Origin: Amoebidium appalachense
Lineage: Eukaryota; Protista; Ichthyosporea
Assembly (NCBI GenBank): GCA_963693365.1
Contig: CAVNZM010000007.1
Location: forward strand, 6,817,962 to 6,881,961
Direction: 5' to 3'
Length of the DNA stretch: 64,000 nucleotides
Shown here: piece after piece, positions 26,948 to 40,276 of the stretch
Layout of the letters: every line of letters begins with the position of its first letter
Numbering within the stretch: position 1 is the stretch's first letter
Translations under genes and position numbers: made by a program
Notes under the pieces: generated by a model
Seen by the model: the letters and a program-made list of their open reading frames with translations, nothing else
What the model was told of the DNA's origin: nothing
Databases searched by the model: none

Positions 26948-27525
26948 GGGGGGGGAGGAGAGTGGGGGTTATTCATATGCCTAGAGAGAAATAATGTAGG
27001 GTTGTGGGGGGAAAGAGCCACATGCATTTTTTACTTGTGTTGGGGGAGAAGATGGGGGGGTGGAGGGGAGGGGTCCTACAATAACGGCAGGTATCAAAGT
27101 CTACCAAACCCAAATTGCAGTGTGCGTAGTAAATTAATATTGGCATCCTGCCTCACAGGGGGTGCTGGAGCAGAAGGGCATCGACATTGAAACCGAGCTC
27201 AAGGGCGGCGACCTGAGCTACTTCATGGAGCGCATCCGGCGGGTTATTCCCGACCCATACACGCTGGTCTCGCGGCTGGTGGAGTTCAAAAACACCTACA
27301 AGGATGTGCCGCCCGGACCGGATGGCAAGCCTCTGTTCAAGAAGGATGGCTTTGAAAGACTCGAGGCAACATCCCCCCCCCCCCCCCCCCCCCCTCCCCC
27401 TGCAGGCGCCCAACAACTCCACCACCACAGAAAAGATTCTTCGCTTATTTGTCATCCTTGGTTCATCTGCACACACACGCACACCCTAGCCTCCCCCCCC
27501 CCCCCCCCCCTCCCCCCCCAAACAT

Positions 27526-27585
<60 letters not shown>

Positions 27586-27668
27586 CCCGCACGGCCCTTG
27601 CTGCCTAGCCAGTTGTTTTTTGCCTTTCCCTGCTCGTTTTTTTCCTTAGCAACCCCATCCCCCCCCCC

Positions 27669-27699
<31 letters not shown>

Positions 27700-29369
27700 A
27701 CACACACATACACACACACTACCACCACCACCACCCACCCATCTCTCTGATGTTTGCTTGTGCCCCCACAGTCGCTGCTCGAACACGCCCAAAATGGCTG
27801 TCTGTCGGACCCCCCCGGCCTGCCCCTCTACTACGAGACCACTGCCGACGCAGATGGGCTCATGCGCTACCGCTGCATCCGGGGCACCAACGAGGTGGAG
27901 GGGGCAGTGCACAACCCCCTGGCCACCCACTTTGGGGCCACACGCATGTCGCTGCGCCTGCTGGACGCCACCATGTCCAATAGGCGCCACCGCCACAACC
28001 TGCGTGCACACTACCGCAACCGCCTGGGCCAGGCATCGGGGCCCCCCCACTACAGCCCCTGGATTGTTGACGACATGGAGGCACTGGCGCTGATGCTGTA
28101 CGGCCATCACCTCGACCCCCAGTGGGTACCCGTAGGCTGCTACAAGCTACCGGAGGAGTACTTCAACTTTGCCCCGCTCTCCTGTGTGGCCAATGCCCCG
28201 GCGCAGGAGCCAGTTGCGGTGCCCGCACCCCCACCTCCGTCTGATAACATCGAGCCTGCAGCCAATGGCGTGATGGGCGGGCCAGAGGACTGTGAGGTCG
28301 AGGAGGGTGACGGTGCTGCCATGGGGGGGGCAACCAGGTGGCGCGTGGTGCACCACAGCCGGACCCTGCACTGAGGGGCGACTACAAGTTCCTGGCGCAG
28401 AAGCAACATGTGGCCATCCCCTTCCTTCCGGTGCTTACCCCTCAGGAGCGCAAGCTATTCAGCACGCTGCTCCTGGGCACCTACAAGGCACATGCAAAGC
28501 CCAACGGCCAGCTGTTCGAGGCTTTGGCCCAAGACTTCAACAAGGCTGCCTCTGTGGCTGGGGGAATCTACATGAAGGATGCGGCCTACATCAAGAAGCA
28601 TTTCGACAAGTGGAAGACCTGGCAGACGGCACATGCACAGCGCTCCACACACGAGGGCCTGGCAGATCACCGCAAGCGTATGCGCGAGGAGAGGGCAGAC
28701 GCTGTGCCAGCAACCATACGGCCTGCCCCCTTGCCACCCCTCCCTGTTCCAGACGGTGTCGATGCAGGGGCGCAGCGTGAGCGGCCCTTGCCCATGCTAG
28801 TGGGCAAAAAGCATCGCAACATTGGCCCTGAGGGGCCCCTGCAGATGGATTTGCCGGTGCCCCCTCCTATGCAGCCACCCCAGAGAGCCCCCAAGACCTG
28901 CAAGACGTGTGGCCGCCAGGGCAAGGGCTGCCCCGGCTCCAATCGGGCCAAGAGCTGCCCACGTTGGGTTGCAGCCAATCAGGATGCCATGCCACCAGCA
29001 CCCGCGCTTGACATGCAGCAGGGCCATGTGCCGCACATGCCCCCTGCACCCCATCCAGGCCCGCACCACCCACATGGCTGGCCCCCACCGTGGGGCATCA
29101 TGCCGCCTCAGCCCGGCCCTGCCTTCCCCATGCCTGGGCTACTGCCGCAGCACGGTCCCCATCCTTACTTGGGCCATGTGGGCCAGCCCTCGGCTGGTGG
29201 GCAGTTCCCACCCCCTTCTCGTGCATCTGCTGTGCTGGGCCTGGCGTTGCCACCTGCTGGAGAGACGCAGCTGCAATGGCACGATCGAAAGCAAAGTAAT
29301 CGTGGCCGCAAGTCTGCAGGCAGCCAATCAGGATCTCAGAGTAGTCAGAGTAGCCAAACTAGTGTCTAA
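26054..29369 (+). mobile_element. 5'-truncated Dada-like (DUF6729-associated) DDE transposase gene; exons 26054-26679, 27159-27365, 27772-29369
   Basis: DxxH motif VLNDAFH...ARALSEAMF; RIRRVIPDP; GKPLF; GCLSDPPGLPLYY; catalytic-E region YRCIRGTNEVEGAVH; FLPVLTPQERKLF; C-terminal CKTC...C...C. Exons join in phase 0. One frameshift at a G8 run (28323-28330). Family name is from recalled motifs. Confidence 0.75.
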
Positions 29370-29804
29370 TATTGGAATGTACACCAATGTAACGGATCTC
29401 ATATGTGTTGTAGTGCTTCAAGTTATACCTGTTCTTCGTACAGTCATGTTAGGGGGGAGGGGGGGGGGGGGGGGGGGGCTAGCTTTCATTCCGAAGTTTA
29501 CTGTAAAGAATTAAAATTTAGAATCTGAGTAATAGTACAGAGCCTTTGCACTTTTCTCTGTTTGTTAGGAATTCTTTGTGATCGAGAGTATGGTGTGTTA
29601 GACTATTGGTGTTAATGTGTCCTGGAAGGTGTATAATGTCTGCTGGCCGTAGTCAGTATCTATTTTTAGGTATATAGTATATTTTTAAATGTTGGCCGCT
29701 GGCCAATAAATAGCAAATAATAAACACACGATAAAGTCAACAGCGTGCCAAAAAACTAATCCCCAGCGAGCGCACCCAGTGATGTGTGTGTGTGTGTGTG
29801 TGTC

Positions 29805-29884
<80 letters not shown>

Positions 29885-31208
29885 CGCGCGTGCGTGCGTG
29901 TGTGTGTGTGTGTGCGTGCGTGCGTGTGTGCGTGTGTGCGTGTGTGCGTGTGTGCGTGTGTGTGTGTGAGTGTGTGTGTGTGTGTGTGTATGTGTGGTGT
30001 GGTGTGTGCGCGGCTTGTACATATGTACGTGTTCATGTGCACCTGTGTCGGACCTACGAAGTACATGAAAGTAAATTTTGACAGCATCGATCTGCCGGTG
30101 TGTATGTGTATGTGTGCCAGTGCAGCAGGTGTGCCTTGTAACTGATAGCTTCGCATTTTACGTGTGTGTATATATAGTAGTACGCATAGACACTTGCTGA
30201 TCATTCGGATCGACATTAATATTTAATCTGTCAGTCCTCGGTTTTTTGAGTGAATGATGATCAAGTGTAAGAGCATTCACTTGGCAAGTATTAATGTTGC
30301 AGAGGCTAGCTGCAGCTGCAAGCGTCGGATGCACACTGACAATTGTCTTTTCAGCGAGTCTAACCTGCAGGCAGCAGCTGCACACATATAGGGTTGTTAT
30401 CTTGCGGCACATGCACGGTGATCATTTCAGAGTAATAGAGTTCAGAGCAATGAAAATAATGAAAATAACTAAACTTTGTGACTACTTTAAAGTTGCTGAG
30501 ATCATACGTGGTGCAAGCTGCACTATGAACACATGTATAGTGCTAGTAATTAATACATTTTTGTTGCCTTCTGCAGGGTTATCGTAGCTACGTCACGGCC
30601 TGCACTCAGGGGGGGGAGGGGGGGGGGAGAGGGGGGATGATTCGAAGGGGGTATAAATAAGAACATGCACCTAAAGGTCTTTCCCGTGGATCCTCCCCCC
30701 TCCCCCCCCCCCACCTCTCCCCCTCCCCCGGGGCCCCATACTATGATATCTAGGCCCAATATTATATGCCCCTTCCCCCCCCCCCCCCCCCCCCCTCCCC
30801 TCCCTCCGGATCCCCGGACCCCACTTCCCTACCCGGAGGCTCAAGAGCTCCCCCCTTCCCCTTCCCCCCCCCCCCCCCCCCCCCCCAAGGCTTACGGGGG
30901 CCCTTCTTCATCGAGGGGGAGGGGGTGGGGGTGGGGGGGGTGGGGGTGGGGGTGGGGGGGAGGGAAGTGGAAGGCGGGGGTGGATGCATGTCAGCCTAGG
31001 TGAATTCAATTGTTTAACTCCAGTGTGCAGGACTGGTCTGAAGGCTTAAGAAAACAACGAGGAAATGGGGTCCAGTGGAGGTGGTGGTGGTGTTCTGTGT
31101 GTGTGTGTACACGTGCACGTATGTGTGTGGTTTTTTTAAGGGGTGAGTGGTGGTGGTGGTGGTGGTGGTGGTCACCGTGGTGGTGGTGTGTGTGTCTGGT
31201 GTGTGTGT

Positions 31209-31258
<50 letters not shown>

Positions 31259-32154
31259 TAGAAAGAAAAACTGCTCGTGGGTCACTGTTTTTCGTCACTG
31301 TATTTGTAACGGGCCGCTCATATTTATATAACTACTTTAATTTAAGTACACGTGTTCATTATCATATACGATGGCCAAATATAGAAATTTTGGCGTCGAA
31401 GTTCTTGGAGCTAAAAAAACGTTTAAAAGGGGGAAATAATAGCTTGGCCCCAAATTTACCTTGCCGTTTTTAGCGAATGTATTTTTTATTCATGAGTTCT
31501 AGTGATTCAGTGAGTGCACGTGCCTGCCTCAGGCTGATCATGACAACTGCAACACACCATTCCTACATGGATATCAACCAAAAGAAAATAGTATATGCTG
31601 TGGTGGTCTCCTAAACCTTGTGCGGCATGCGCATACATGATATTACAGTGACGCATGTGCATATTATTGTTCTGTACACCGGAGTGTGCCGGTGCACGTG
31701 GCTGTTTTGTGCACATGTTACAATAGCAGCACGATCTCCCTAAACTCCATGTTTACACATCCCTCACCCTGGCTCTGCCTTGTCGGTGCTCCAAAACACA
31801 CATACAAATCCCCCTAGACTCAGTGCCTGCACATGGTCGCATTCACGTGCAGGTCACGTGACACATGCGATGCCATACTGCCGTCTACAGCAACAACCAC
31901 GGCAGCATGTATACCGGCCCAGCACGAAATATACTTATCGGCAGCCCACTGAACTCGCCCATTTTCTCTTTTTCATGTATGTCCCTCCTTTTTTGTAAAA
32001 TCACCCTTTTTGGCCTCCCGGTAGTGGATTGTGCAGGATTTGACTTCTTTGAGGTCCAAAAACCTCAAATTTTCCCCGGCGGGGCCGGGGAGGGAGAATT
32101 CAAAAATTGCCCGCTCCTGATATGGTACCCGGGCCGAAAAACGGCCGTGAGCCG

Positions 32155-32207
32155 CGGCTTAGCAACCCCTCAACTGATTGGCTCTTGGGTGTATTTTGGC
32201 GGGAAAA
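32155..32207. promoter_or_regulatory. CCAAT box plus E2F-like site module, copy 2
   Basis: ctgattggctcttgggtgtattttggcgggaaaa, homologous to 16258-16317. Confidence 0.35.
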
Positions 32208-32288
32208 CTCCCCCCCTTCCCATATCCCTTCCAAGTTCCCGGAAACTTCCAGCCTTCCGGGGGCTCCGCCCCCAACGCAAACACCACC

Positions 32289-32328
<40 letters not shown>

Positions 32329-32329
32329 T

Positions 32330-32395
<66 letters not shown>

Positions 32396-32581
32396 AGCCG
32401 CACACAAACACACACACACACACGCACACCCTGTGACACCCTTGGCCATCTATGTCACTCACAAACACGTACCCATCCACGCACACCATATGCATCACTA
32501 CGGGCCCGGCAGGGCGGTACATAGGGCCCTGGGCGGCGAGGGAGCTCCGCCCGGGGCGAGGAAGGGGCGGGGAGGGGGGGA

Positions 32582-32615
<34 letters not shown>

Positions 32616-32773
32616 GGGGGGGGGGAAACAAATATGCACGGGTACTTGTGCGTGTACGTGTCACACACTGTGTCAGCCTACGAAATTCTCATCTCCCCGC
32701 ATCATTGCCACAATATGGCATGATATTTGCATCTTCTACCCTCTCGGGTCTTCTTTGAATTATGATGGCTGCA

Positions 32774-32804
<31 letters not shown>

Positions 32805-32975
32805 TCGACGTCACGGGTCTTCTTTGAATTACACTGGTGGCCACAACTTTGAACAAGCTGTCTTGTTTGTGCATTGGCATTGGTGTTCACGTGCACGCGC
32901 ATGCCCCGTACACTGCACATATAGCTAGGCGCAATGATTACTATCGCTATATTCTACTTTATTTATTGCTTTATG

Positions 32976-33386
32976 TTGCAAAGAAAATACTGGTTCGAAG
33001 AAAAGAAACATTTAAGTATTCCTGCTTTTTTTGGTTGTTTTATTAGGCTATAATTTTAGGAAAGACTATAAAAGCAGGAATATGTATATAAAACAACCAA
33101 AAAAAAAAAAAAAAAGGATTATCGCGATCTCAAAATTTTTGTATGGACCAATAGTTCGCGCCTGATCGCACTGATTGGACAAATATAGAAATTTTGGCGG
33201 GAGTTTTGGCGCCGGACCGGGGCAAAAAAAAGGTTTTTATAAACAGCCAAAAAAGTAGGAATAATCAGATGTTTTTTCCCTTCGAACCAGTATTTTCTTT
33301 GCGATATAAAACAATGAAAAAAAACAGGAATATATTTTTGTATGGACCAATAATTCGCGCCTGATCGCACGGATTGGACAAATATT
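32976..33386. repeat. AT-rich foldback/MITE-like structure with interleaved inverted and direct repeats
   Basis: ~67-bp inverted repeat 32976-33043 vs 33239-33304; ~50-bp direct repeat 33136-33186 vs 33335-33386; caaatatagaaattttggcg also at ~31376. Confidence 0.7.
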
Positions 33387-34633
33387 GCATGTAGAATCTA
33401 GATTCTGCGACCACATATTATCAGGCTACTCCTTATAGGCCTTATTAAAGTTTGAAGGTCTCGGATACCATACTTACGTTCGTTGTGCAAAACATGCACA
33501 TTTGCGTTTCTCCGGTCTTCCTATTTTTATCTGGACTTTAAGAAGTTTGAGGACTTTAACTACTGCGGTAACTGATTTTGTGCGACTCGGGCTCCACAGT
33601 CCTTTTATTCAGTCGCTTGGGGACTTCAAAGTCACCGTTAAATAAGTTCATTTGGTAGTTCACATGATTGTCCATCTCCCCAGCCATTATGCAAATGCGT
33701 TTGAGGATTTACATGCGTACCAATAGACCCTGATGCACCACAACCGTATAGATGTTATCACTGATGATACATCCTACCAATGCTAGTATCACAACTCCAA
33801 CCTAAACGCCCCGTCTGCCATGCATACCACAGGCAGTCATTTCTCTGAACGTCAAGTAAAATAACTCTAAAGCGTAAACGAACTTTAAACCGTATGTATG
33901 GCCGAAGGAATACATCCACCCACAGGCCTAGCGCTAGCCATAGAAAGTTGCACATGCAATATGCAAATCGACCACGTGCTACACTTCACTGATATAACGA
34001 TATCGATGGTAAACTTCTAAATGGTTCCAGAACAATGAACCAGCGCGAAGGGGATCATACATGCGGGAAATATAAATAACAAGAATGTTAAGCGGTACAA
34101 AGAGAAACACCCTGACATCATGTTCGATATACTCTGGAGCAATGTCGAGAACAACAAACTAAGCCTGCGTCAATGTTATGAGAGGGGCAAGCAGTGGGGC
34201 AACTAAGTTAAACTAACGGCAGATAAAAGATCAACATGTAAAACCTCTTGTGAATCAACAACATCATCCCGGGCATGGATTCTAATCTGTGCTGCTATAC
34301 AGACCTTCGGAAATGATACCCCATATCGAATGCAAGATCCAAACCTCACGGGAACAGGTCCCCACAAAGCAGCACCCAAGGAAGGTTAGTATTTCTAAAC
34401 AACCGAGACAAACATGCGCGTGCGATAGGTAGAAGGAGAGAGCACGGAGGAGGAGGAGGAGGGGGGGGGGGGGGGGGGGGAAGGAGGAGGAAGAGGGAGA
34501 GTCCTAGATACAGAGCAAACAGAGAGAAACAGCCTCTCGTGAGAAGGGAGCGAGAAAGAATCTAGGCACACCTACACACCTTTGACTTGAGCCAAGCTAC
34601 AGCACATTCATTTGGGATATGTTCACCCACCCA

Positions 34634-36588
34634 CTACATCTTCTTCTCGGTTGTGGGGCAGTGTGTATGTGCCTGGTGGCCGTTTACGTTTTCGCAGTGT
34701 GCATAGAGGTCTCTGATAAAAGCCAGTTTGTGCTCGTCACTCTCGATGCTTCGGTCTAGCTTCCACACCTTGGCTGCCTGCATGTGGGTCGTGTCCGCTG
34801 CACGTGCATGCGTGTGAGTGATAAATATTTGGCATCATGATGCGGTGCCATCAAGGGCCTTTTTTCTAGGAATCCGGATGTGGTCAACCCAAAAGATATT
34901 TACGATTTATATTTACCGAGATATGCATCATTGACAAACAGCATATAATGATCTGACCCGAAAGGGCCTATAAATCAGACGAAAAGAAACCCCACAAGTA
35001 TGGCTGGGTGCAACGTACAACACTACAATCTACAGACAACATTGATGAACTACCGGTGGCCAATAATGACACAAACCCCCTCCCTGCCCCTCCACCACCA
35101 CCACAGAGGCGAGAGAACTAACGGGAGGGGGGATGGGGGGGAGGGAGGGGAGAGAGGGGGACAAGAAAGGGAAAGGAGGAAAGGGGAAGGGAAAGGGGTG
35201 TAAGTTCGGTGGATCGGGGAGACGAAGCTGATGGATTAGAAGATGGTGGGTGGGAGGGTGGGTGGGTTCTGGGGGGGGCGGGGGGACGGAGGGGGGGGGG
35301 GGGGGGAGGGGAGGGGGGAGAGGGGACAGGGAAGATATAGGTGCACATACCATACTGAAATGTGTTTGTGATTGGGGCACACAGAAGGTCGATCACACGA
35401 GCACCGCGGAAGCACAGCTGGTAGAAGGAGTCTGTGTGGATGCACAGTCTTGCACGGCTCATGTCGATGCAGCGCAGTTGGGACCCGTTGAACACTACTG
35501 GCGCACTCTCCACGGCTAACACAGTAGTAAAAAGACGGGGATACATGTAAATCCTTTGGTAAACACATACACAATTCTATGCAGATAAAGGAAGTGAAGT
35601 TCACCTACTAAAAAGTTTGACTTGACGCTAGCTGCATGTGGCGTAGTTGTTCAAGGTACCTCAAATGATTACCGACAGAAGGCTAGTTTGCAAATTTACC
35701 AAACAACAGCAACAAAGAAAAAAGGCGGGCGGGCTGGGGGACGGGGGGGGGGGGGGGGGGGGGTAGAGGGAAGAATAAGCACACGGTAACCAAGGCATTG
35801 CTCTTGAACGGCACGTGGAGCAGGGAGAGGGAAAGGGAGAGGGAGAGGGAGAGAGAGGGGGGAGGGGGGAGGGGGGAGGGGGAGGGGGGGGGGGGGGGGA
35901 GGGAGGGAGGGAGGGAGGGAGGGAGGGAGGGAGGGAGGGAGGGAGGGAGGGAGGGAGGGAGGGAGAGGGAGGGAGGGAGAGGGAGAGAGAGCGTGTGTCT
36001 TTGTGTGCGTGTGTGTGTATGTGTGCGATCCCACACACATGCTTGTAGTGCATCCGCGCGCCGGCGTGCGGGCGTGTGTTGTGTTCGTGTGGTTTAAGGG
36101 GAGTTGGTGGCAGGAATGAACACGCACCACCCAGTGCCGAGTTTCTAAACAGCACGTGCAGCAGGCTGCTATCCACCATGGCCACAGCAGTCAGTTCGGC
36201 CTCACTAAAGTCCAACCCCTGCAGCTGGGCCTTGCAGAACCGCACATCTGAAAAAGGAAAAAAAAAACAAAAAAAACCGGTGTTAATGTTTTGCACATAG
36301 AGAACTAACCAGCAGAAAGGGACACTATTCGGGGAAGAAAAGAGGAGGAGGGGGGGGGAGGGGGGGGGGGGGAATGGTGATACCGCACATCTGAATAACC
36401 AACACACAGTGTCAGTGCTATGCAGATAGAAAAATGACAGAGGATCCCTATTCGGGGGGGGGGGGGGGGGGGGGGGGGTGGAGGGGGGGGGGGGAGATAG
36501 TGGTCGTGGTGGGGAGTTAAAATGTGTTACAGAGTACACGGCACGGATCCACAACGAAAAGAGGGGGAATCCTCCTACTCGAGCAGAA

Positions 36589-36620
<32 letters not shown>

Positions 36621-37211
36621 GGGGGAGGCACTGGGAAGAGGGGGGAGGGGGCGGGGGTTTGAGGAGGGTGGTAGGTCCAGTCTTACATACCTGAAAGGTA
36701 GGACTTGCGGAAATCACACTGGGTGAGGGAGGCTTCTTCGAATGAAACCCTGCAATATCCTGTTAGGTTAGCCGAACACAGCTCATAGTTAAGTGTTTTA
36801 CAGCAGGTATCTGGACATAGCTAAAAAGCAATAGTTCACATTCTGTCCAATCGAAACATCTGTTAGATCAAACCATACGGTTGGATACACAAATACTTGC
36901 ATGTGCGTGTTTGGGTCGAAATGTGTGTGTGGCTTAAAGGCATGTGTTTTGCTTACGCCAGTGTGTTGGCATCTGTATACCGGTGTGGATGTGTGTGTGT
37001 GTGTGTCTGTGTCTGTGTGTCGGCGAGTGAGTTGTGTGCGTGTGCGCGCGTGTGTGTGTGCACGCGAGCGCGCAAGTGGAAGCCTATGTGCCCAACCACG
37101 TGTGCACGGGGTATTTGTAGAAGGGAGTGAGTGAAGACGGGAGGGAGGGAGGGGAGAGGGGGAGACCTAGAGGGGAAGGACGAGAGAGAGGGAGAGGGAG
37201 AGAGAGAGAAT

Positions 37212-37250
<39 letters not shown>

Positions 37251-37949
37251 TGGGGGGGTGGGGGGGGGAGAAAGGAGGGGGAAGGGCACGGGAGGGGGGG
37301 GGGGGCGGGAGAAGGGGCTGAGAGGTTGCGGGGGGGTAGGGGGGGGGGGGGGGGGAAGAGGAAGAGGAAGAGGAGGAGGGCAAGAGGGAGGGAGGGAATG
37401 AAGGGAGGGAGGGAGGGAGGGGGGGGGGGAAGGGGGGGGGGGGGGGGGGGGGGGGAGAGAGAGAGAGAGAGGGAGGGAGGGAGGGAGAGAGGGAGGGAGA
37501 GGGAGGGAAGGATAGATGAGTGAGAGAGATGAGTGAGAGAGAGATGAACGAGAGGGAGAGACAGACAGAGAAAAAGAGAAAGAGAGGAAAGATAAAGAGG
37601 GGGGGGAAGGGAGGGGGAGAGGGGGGGGGGGAGGAGGAGAGAGAGAGAGAGGAACTTGGGGGGGGGGAACTTTCTAATGGGACGCAAAAGATCGTTTGGC
37701 CGTCAGGGAAGAATCGCGGGGGAGGGGAAGGTGGGAAGGGGGAGGGGGGGGGGGGGGGAGGGGGGGGGGGAGGGGTTCACAGGCGTACCCTTCCAGATGT
37801 GCCTGCTCAAAGTCGCACGAGGTGAAGGTGCAGTGGTCGAACTTTGCAACCCAACTGCAACCAAGAAGCAGTCAGCTATAGACACAAACCTGAAATACAC
37901 GAGTGCTTTGTTAATCCCCCCCCCCCCCCCCCCCCCCCCCCCCAAACCC

Positions 37950-37981
<32 letters not shown>

Positions 37982-39126
37982 AAAAAAACACCCCCCTGAC
38001 ACCTTGCCCCCTCACCTCCACCCCCCAAACACACATACACATACAACCATGCACACAGAGCAGGGTGAGTTATCACATAAAACAGCCAGAAACAATTTGC
38101 ACATTATTCGTCAACACCCACATAAGGTACGCGTTCCAGTACTAGACTGCAGAGCTTTTCAATGTTCATTCGCACCCGCATCCATTTTAAATCTTCAGTG
38201 ATAATCTGAAAACACGTGAGTTTTAGCAGAGAAGAATGGAAACTTGTAGAAAGTGCTTTAGTGGTGGCCTTGTTAGGTGATGTTGGGTGATTTGTTTAGG
38301 CACAAAAATGAATAGAGTAAAAGAGAGGAAGGGGGGAGGGGGGGAGAGGGTGTGTGGGGGGGGGGGGAGGGGGGGGGATACATACTCTTGTGCAGAGCTG
38401 CTCATGGACGAATTCCTGCCCCGGGCGGTTGGGGGAGACAGACACATCATGTAAGCACTGGTGGGCGAGGAACTAAGCGAGGGCGGTTGGGATGGCGTCA
38501 TCTCAACCATCTTGTGGCCCTTCTCGAGCTCTCTGGAAAAACAAACTGCTGTCAGAAACACCACGTTTTCTTTTTGGAAAAGGTGGCCGCTTGCTTGTGC
38601 TGGTGTGAGCCTTCTCTCCCCCCCCCCCCCCCCCCCCTCCCCCTCATCTTCCTTCTTCCCCCCCCCCCTCCCCCTCCCCCTCCCCCAACACCCCCCCCTC
38701 CCTCCACTTAATCTCCCCTTTATGCTATCATCCCCCCTTCCCCTTCCCCCCCCCTCCCCCCCCATACACACAAAAAAACACTACGACCCTCCATCTCCCG
38801 ACCTTGTAGTGTGTGCATTCACCCACCGTGCGCTTGCAATGACACAGTGGCGAAAGTCACAGCCCTCAAAAACAGAGTCTGTGAAGTCGTTTGCGGCAAG
38901 CACAGCCCCCACAAACCGGCAGCAGGCAAAGTGGCAGGAGCGGAAATCACAGCTGTCAAGGGTGCAGTCCTGTTCAACGACATTTGGGTTAACGAAAGAG
39001 CCAGTGATCATCCCGACCTGACTATGTCCATTGCACACCTACACTCCCCATACTGCATGCCACGCAAGAACGCACACACAAAAACACACACACACACATA
39101 CATACACCCACACCCACACCCACACC

Positions 39127-39171
<45 letters not shown>

Positions 39172-39195
39172 CGCGCACTCACGCACGTGCGCACA

Positions 39196-39235
<40 letters not shown>

Positions 39236-39986
39236 CCGCCCGCCCGCCCGCCCCCCTGCCCATGTGGCCACCACCCCACACCCGCACGTACCCATCCGTA
39301 ACCATCCATCCATTAGATTCAAACACCACAGCAACTTGAAATGAAACTCTTTGACATAGGAAACACACACACAGGCCATACCTCAAACACGACGTTTGTG
39401 AAGGTTGCAGACGTGAAAGTGCATCGGGCCAGGCGCATGTGTGCCAGACTGATCCCCACAAGGTCAACGTTGGGCAGGCAGATGGAACGGGCCGCTCCAA
39501 TTCTGCGCAGGAAGAACGTGAAATAAGCAAGCACAGGGGAGAGTTGGGGCGGGGAAAAAAAAAAAAAACCTCAAAAAAAAAAAAAAAAAGATAAGGTCAA
39601 CATCACTCTGCATGTGATTCATGAAGGGGTAGGCAGGCACCCAGGAGCTATGCAGCCAAGCAATTATAATTTAGTAATCTATATAATCACATATAATCAA
39701 CTAATTCGGTGCATACACGCATACCAATATCATGCTCTCACCTGTCGATGTGGTGTGGGTCATCCAAAACGGGCGCTCGGTTGATAAGCTCCAACATCTG
39801 CATGAGGGGTGGGTGAGTGGGTGAGTAGGTTATAAGAAAAGGGCGGGGAGGCGGGGGGGGGGGGGGGGGGGGGGGGTTAGAATGTGTTACAGAGCACAGA
39901 GTACACATTCATGAGGGGTGCGGGAGGGCAAGGGGTGGGGGTGGGAGGGTGGGGGAGGTGGTGGTGGTGGTGGTGGTGGTGGTGGT

Positions 39987-40024
<38 letters not shown>

Positions 40025-40216
40025 TGTTTTACAGCCATCCGTGTTTTGGCGCTACCAACCAGACATGGAATATAGTGCACAAAAGGTGAGCAAAGGCACG
40101 AAGAAGTTATCTGACGTGAGCACTGACGTGAGCACGGAGACAACAACAAATGGAACGAAAACAATAACCAGGGTTACATGGTGGAGGCAAAGGGGATGCC
40201 AGAAAGGGGGTGTTGT

Positions 40217-40276
<60 letters not shown>

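Noticed and set aside
25951-32169. 12-bp inverted repeat GGGGTTGCTAAG as transposon TIRs
   Set aside because: The right copy lies inside the module shared with 16258-16317, a third copy sits in an intron at ~27645, and no TSD is evident.
33400-34400. Possible decayed coding sequence
   Set aside because: The frames I translated are interrupted by stops and show no recognisable motif.
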